From assembly GCA_051294375.1 (NCBI GenBank), contig CM119269.1, positions 16,825,030-16,889,029 on the forward strand: DNA of 64,000 nt, in the 5' to 3' direction. Position 1 is the first letter of the stretch; every line of letters begins with the position of its first letter. The stretch comes from Paraspadella gotoi. Lineage: Eukaryota > Animalia > Chaetognatha. The translations under genes and the position numbers were made by a program. The notes below the pieces were generated by a model, which had not been told where the DNA came from, ran no database searches, and was given only the letters and a program-made list of their open reading frames with translations. Of this stretch, positions 62,498 through 64,000 are shown in pieces.

Positions 62498-64000
62498 GAG
62501 ATGGACGAACGGTGGGCGAGCGAGTTGGGCGACTAGAATTGGGGATTGTTGGAGGAGGAAGAGGAGGAGAAGGAGGAGGAGAAGAATCCAGGGGTGCTCT
62601 GGGTCAACGTCTTCACGCCCAGACTAAACATTGTGATAAAATTAGAAGCCCGGACCAAAAAAAAAAATATATTTTTGTCATCTCTTTAAATCTAGTCATT
62701 TTTGCTTTGGGGATATAATAGACGCTAAAGATATTCGATCGATTAATGTCAACAACGTCAAATACAAAGAAAAAACCCATGGGCTTCAGAAATACTTTGT
62801 ACCCGCCCGCGAATCCGCCACGAAAACAAACGTTAAACATTAAAACTACAAACTTTACAATCGTTTTTTTTTTTTAACAAAAGCCAAAACGATAATCGTG
62901 TTCGCTTCTCTGGTTGTAAAAAAAAATAAAACAGCCAACGACAATGATGAGATCGGATCCTCTCGCCCGACGCCGAAAAATTATCCCTCGTATCTTCGGG
63001 CTTGTGGAGGAGAGAGCCTTAATCGATTTCGGGCCGTTGAACCGTCAGTGGGCGTGGAAACTGCGCGAGGAGAGGAGGAGCGTTTGTTCGTCGTCGTTTT
63101 CGTCGTCGTCGGCGTCGTTTTCGTCGTCGTCGGCGTCTCCATGACAACGTCCGTCCCACCACGACGCGACGCNNNNNNNNNNTCACAACCGGAGTCGACG
63201 CCCAAAGGGGCCGCGGCGCTCTCTCCCTCTCTTGAGCGCCCGCGCGACGAAAGGGCGGCGCCGCTATGGAAACCAAAAAAAAAAATGGCGCGCCAGCGTA
63301 AGGGCGATCGAAAAAAAAGAAGCAAAAGCATACAAAGCAAAATTGATTTAATAAAATAATTACGAAACAACAAACAAACAAACAAATACATATCCAAAGA
63401 ATATTTTTTTAAAAAAAGTTCACGATGCATAAACAACCATTGCAAAAAATAGAAACGGTAGTCCATAGAACCCAATTGCGACAAGCTAGATTGCATTCTT
63501 CAACGCACTTTTCGGTCCTTACCCACTCGCATAACACCGAATGCACGCCAGAAAACATTAAAAAAAAAATAAGAAAACTAAACCAATGAACACTACTCGC
63601 GCTACTAATGCGAGGATACAAGATGAAAGTCTTCTTTCTCGCATTAACTACGTAATTCATGAAGCTGTTAATAAAAAAAAACCAAAACAAAAGAACAAAA
63701 CGTATGTATTTTGCACAATTTGCAAAATCACTCGTCCAGCGAACACAGAGAGAAGAAGTTATCGAAGTAAAAAAAAATAAAACACAACAAAATTGGAAAA
63801 ATGGAAATCGAGAATTTGATTCAATCATGACGACGACAAAAAAGCGTTTAGAAAGAAAAATGTTTTTAAACATCAAAGTAAAGAACCAAAAAGCATGACA
63901 CGAGTCTAAATTGATATACAAAACTCAAAAAGAATTGAATAAAGGCAATGATCTTTTATTAAATAAAACCAGTCGTAAAAAAAACAAAAACGAAGCAAAC

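Overview
This is a eukaryotic, probably animal, draft-assembly window. It is AT-rich, gene-poor, full of (AG)n/(GAC)n/(GAT)n microsatellites and has ten N-gaps; there are no operons, CRISPR arrays, rRNA or complete tRNA genes. The only well-supported gene is an intronless ~747-aa multi-pass membrane protein on the minus strand (12162-14405) whose N-terminal half carries XK-related (Xkr/CED-8 scramblase family) motifs. The dominant structure is a ~14.5-kb inverted duplication (arms ~24.3-31.5 kb and ~32.0-39.0 kb) centred next to a 25-N gap. Its arms differ mainly by 1-2 bp indels, so a long-read gap-filling or foldback artefact is at least as likely as a real palindrome. Each arm holds an 11-bp near-palindromic minisatellite, a TATA box with a candidate acidic/(PTSPSL)n gene whose antisense reads as Gly-X-Y, and a decayed 12-bp C-x3 repeat. 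A second noisy inverted duplication (49.9-51.6 vs 58.8-59.9 kb) and a ~1.8-kb element bounded by a perfect 17-bp inverted repeat (60666-62497, with a partial second copy at 58395) lie further right. Most ORF-track entries are microsatellite or N-gap read-throughs. I found no convincing novel multi-gene system; all family assignments are from motif recognition by eye, with no database search.
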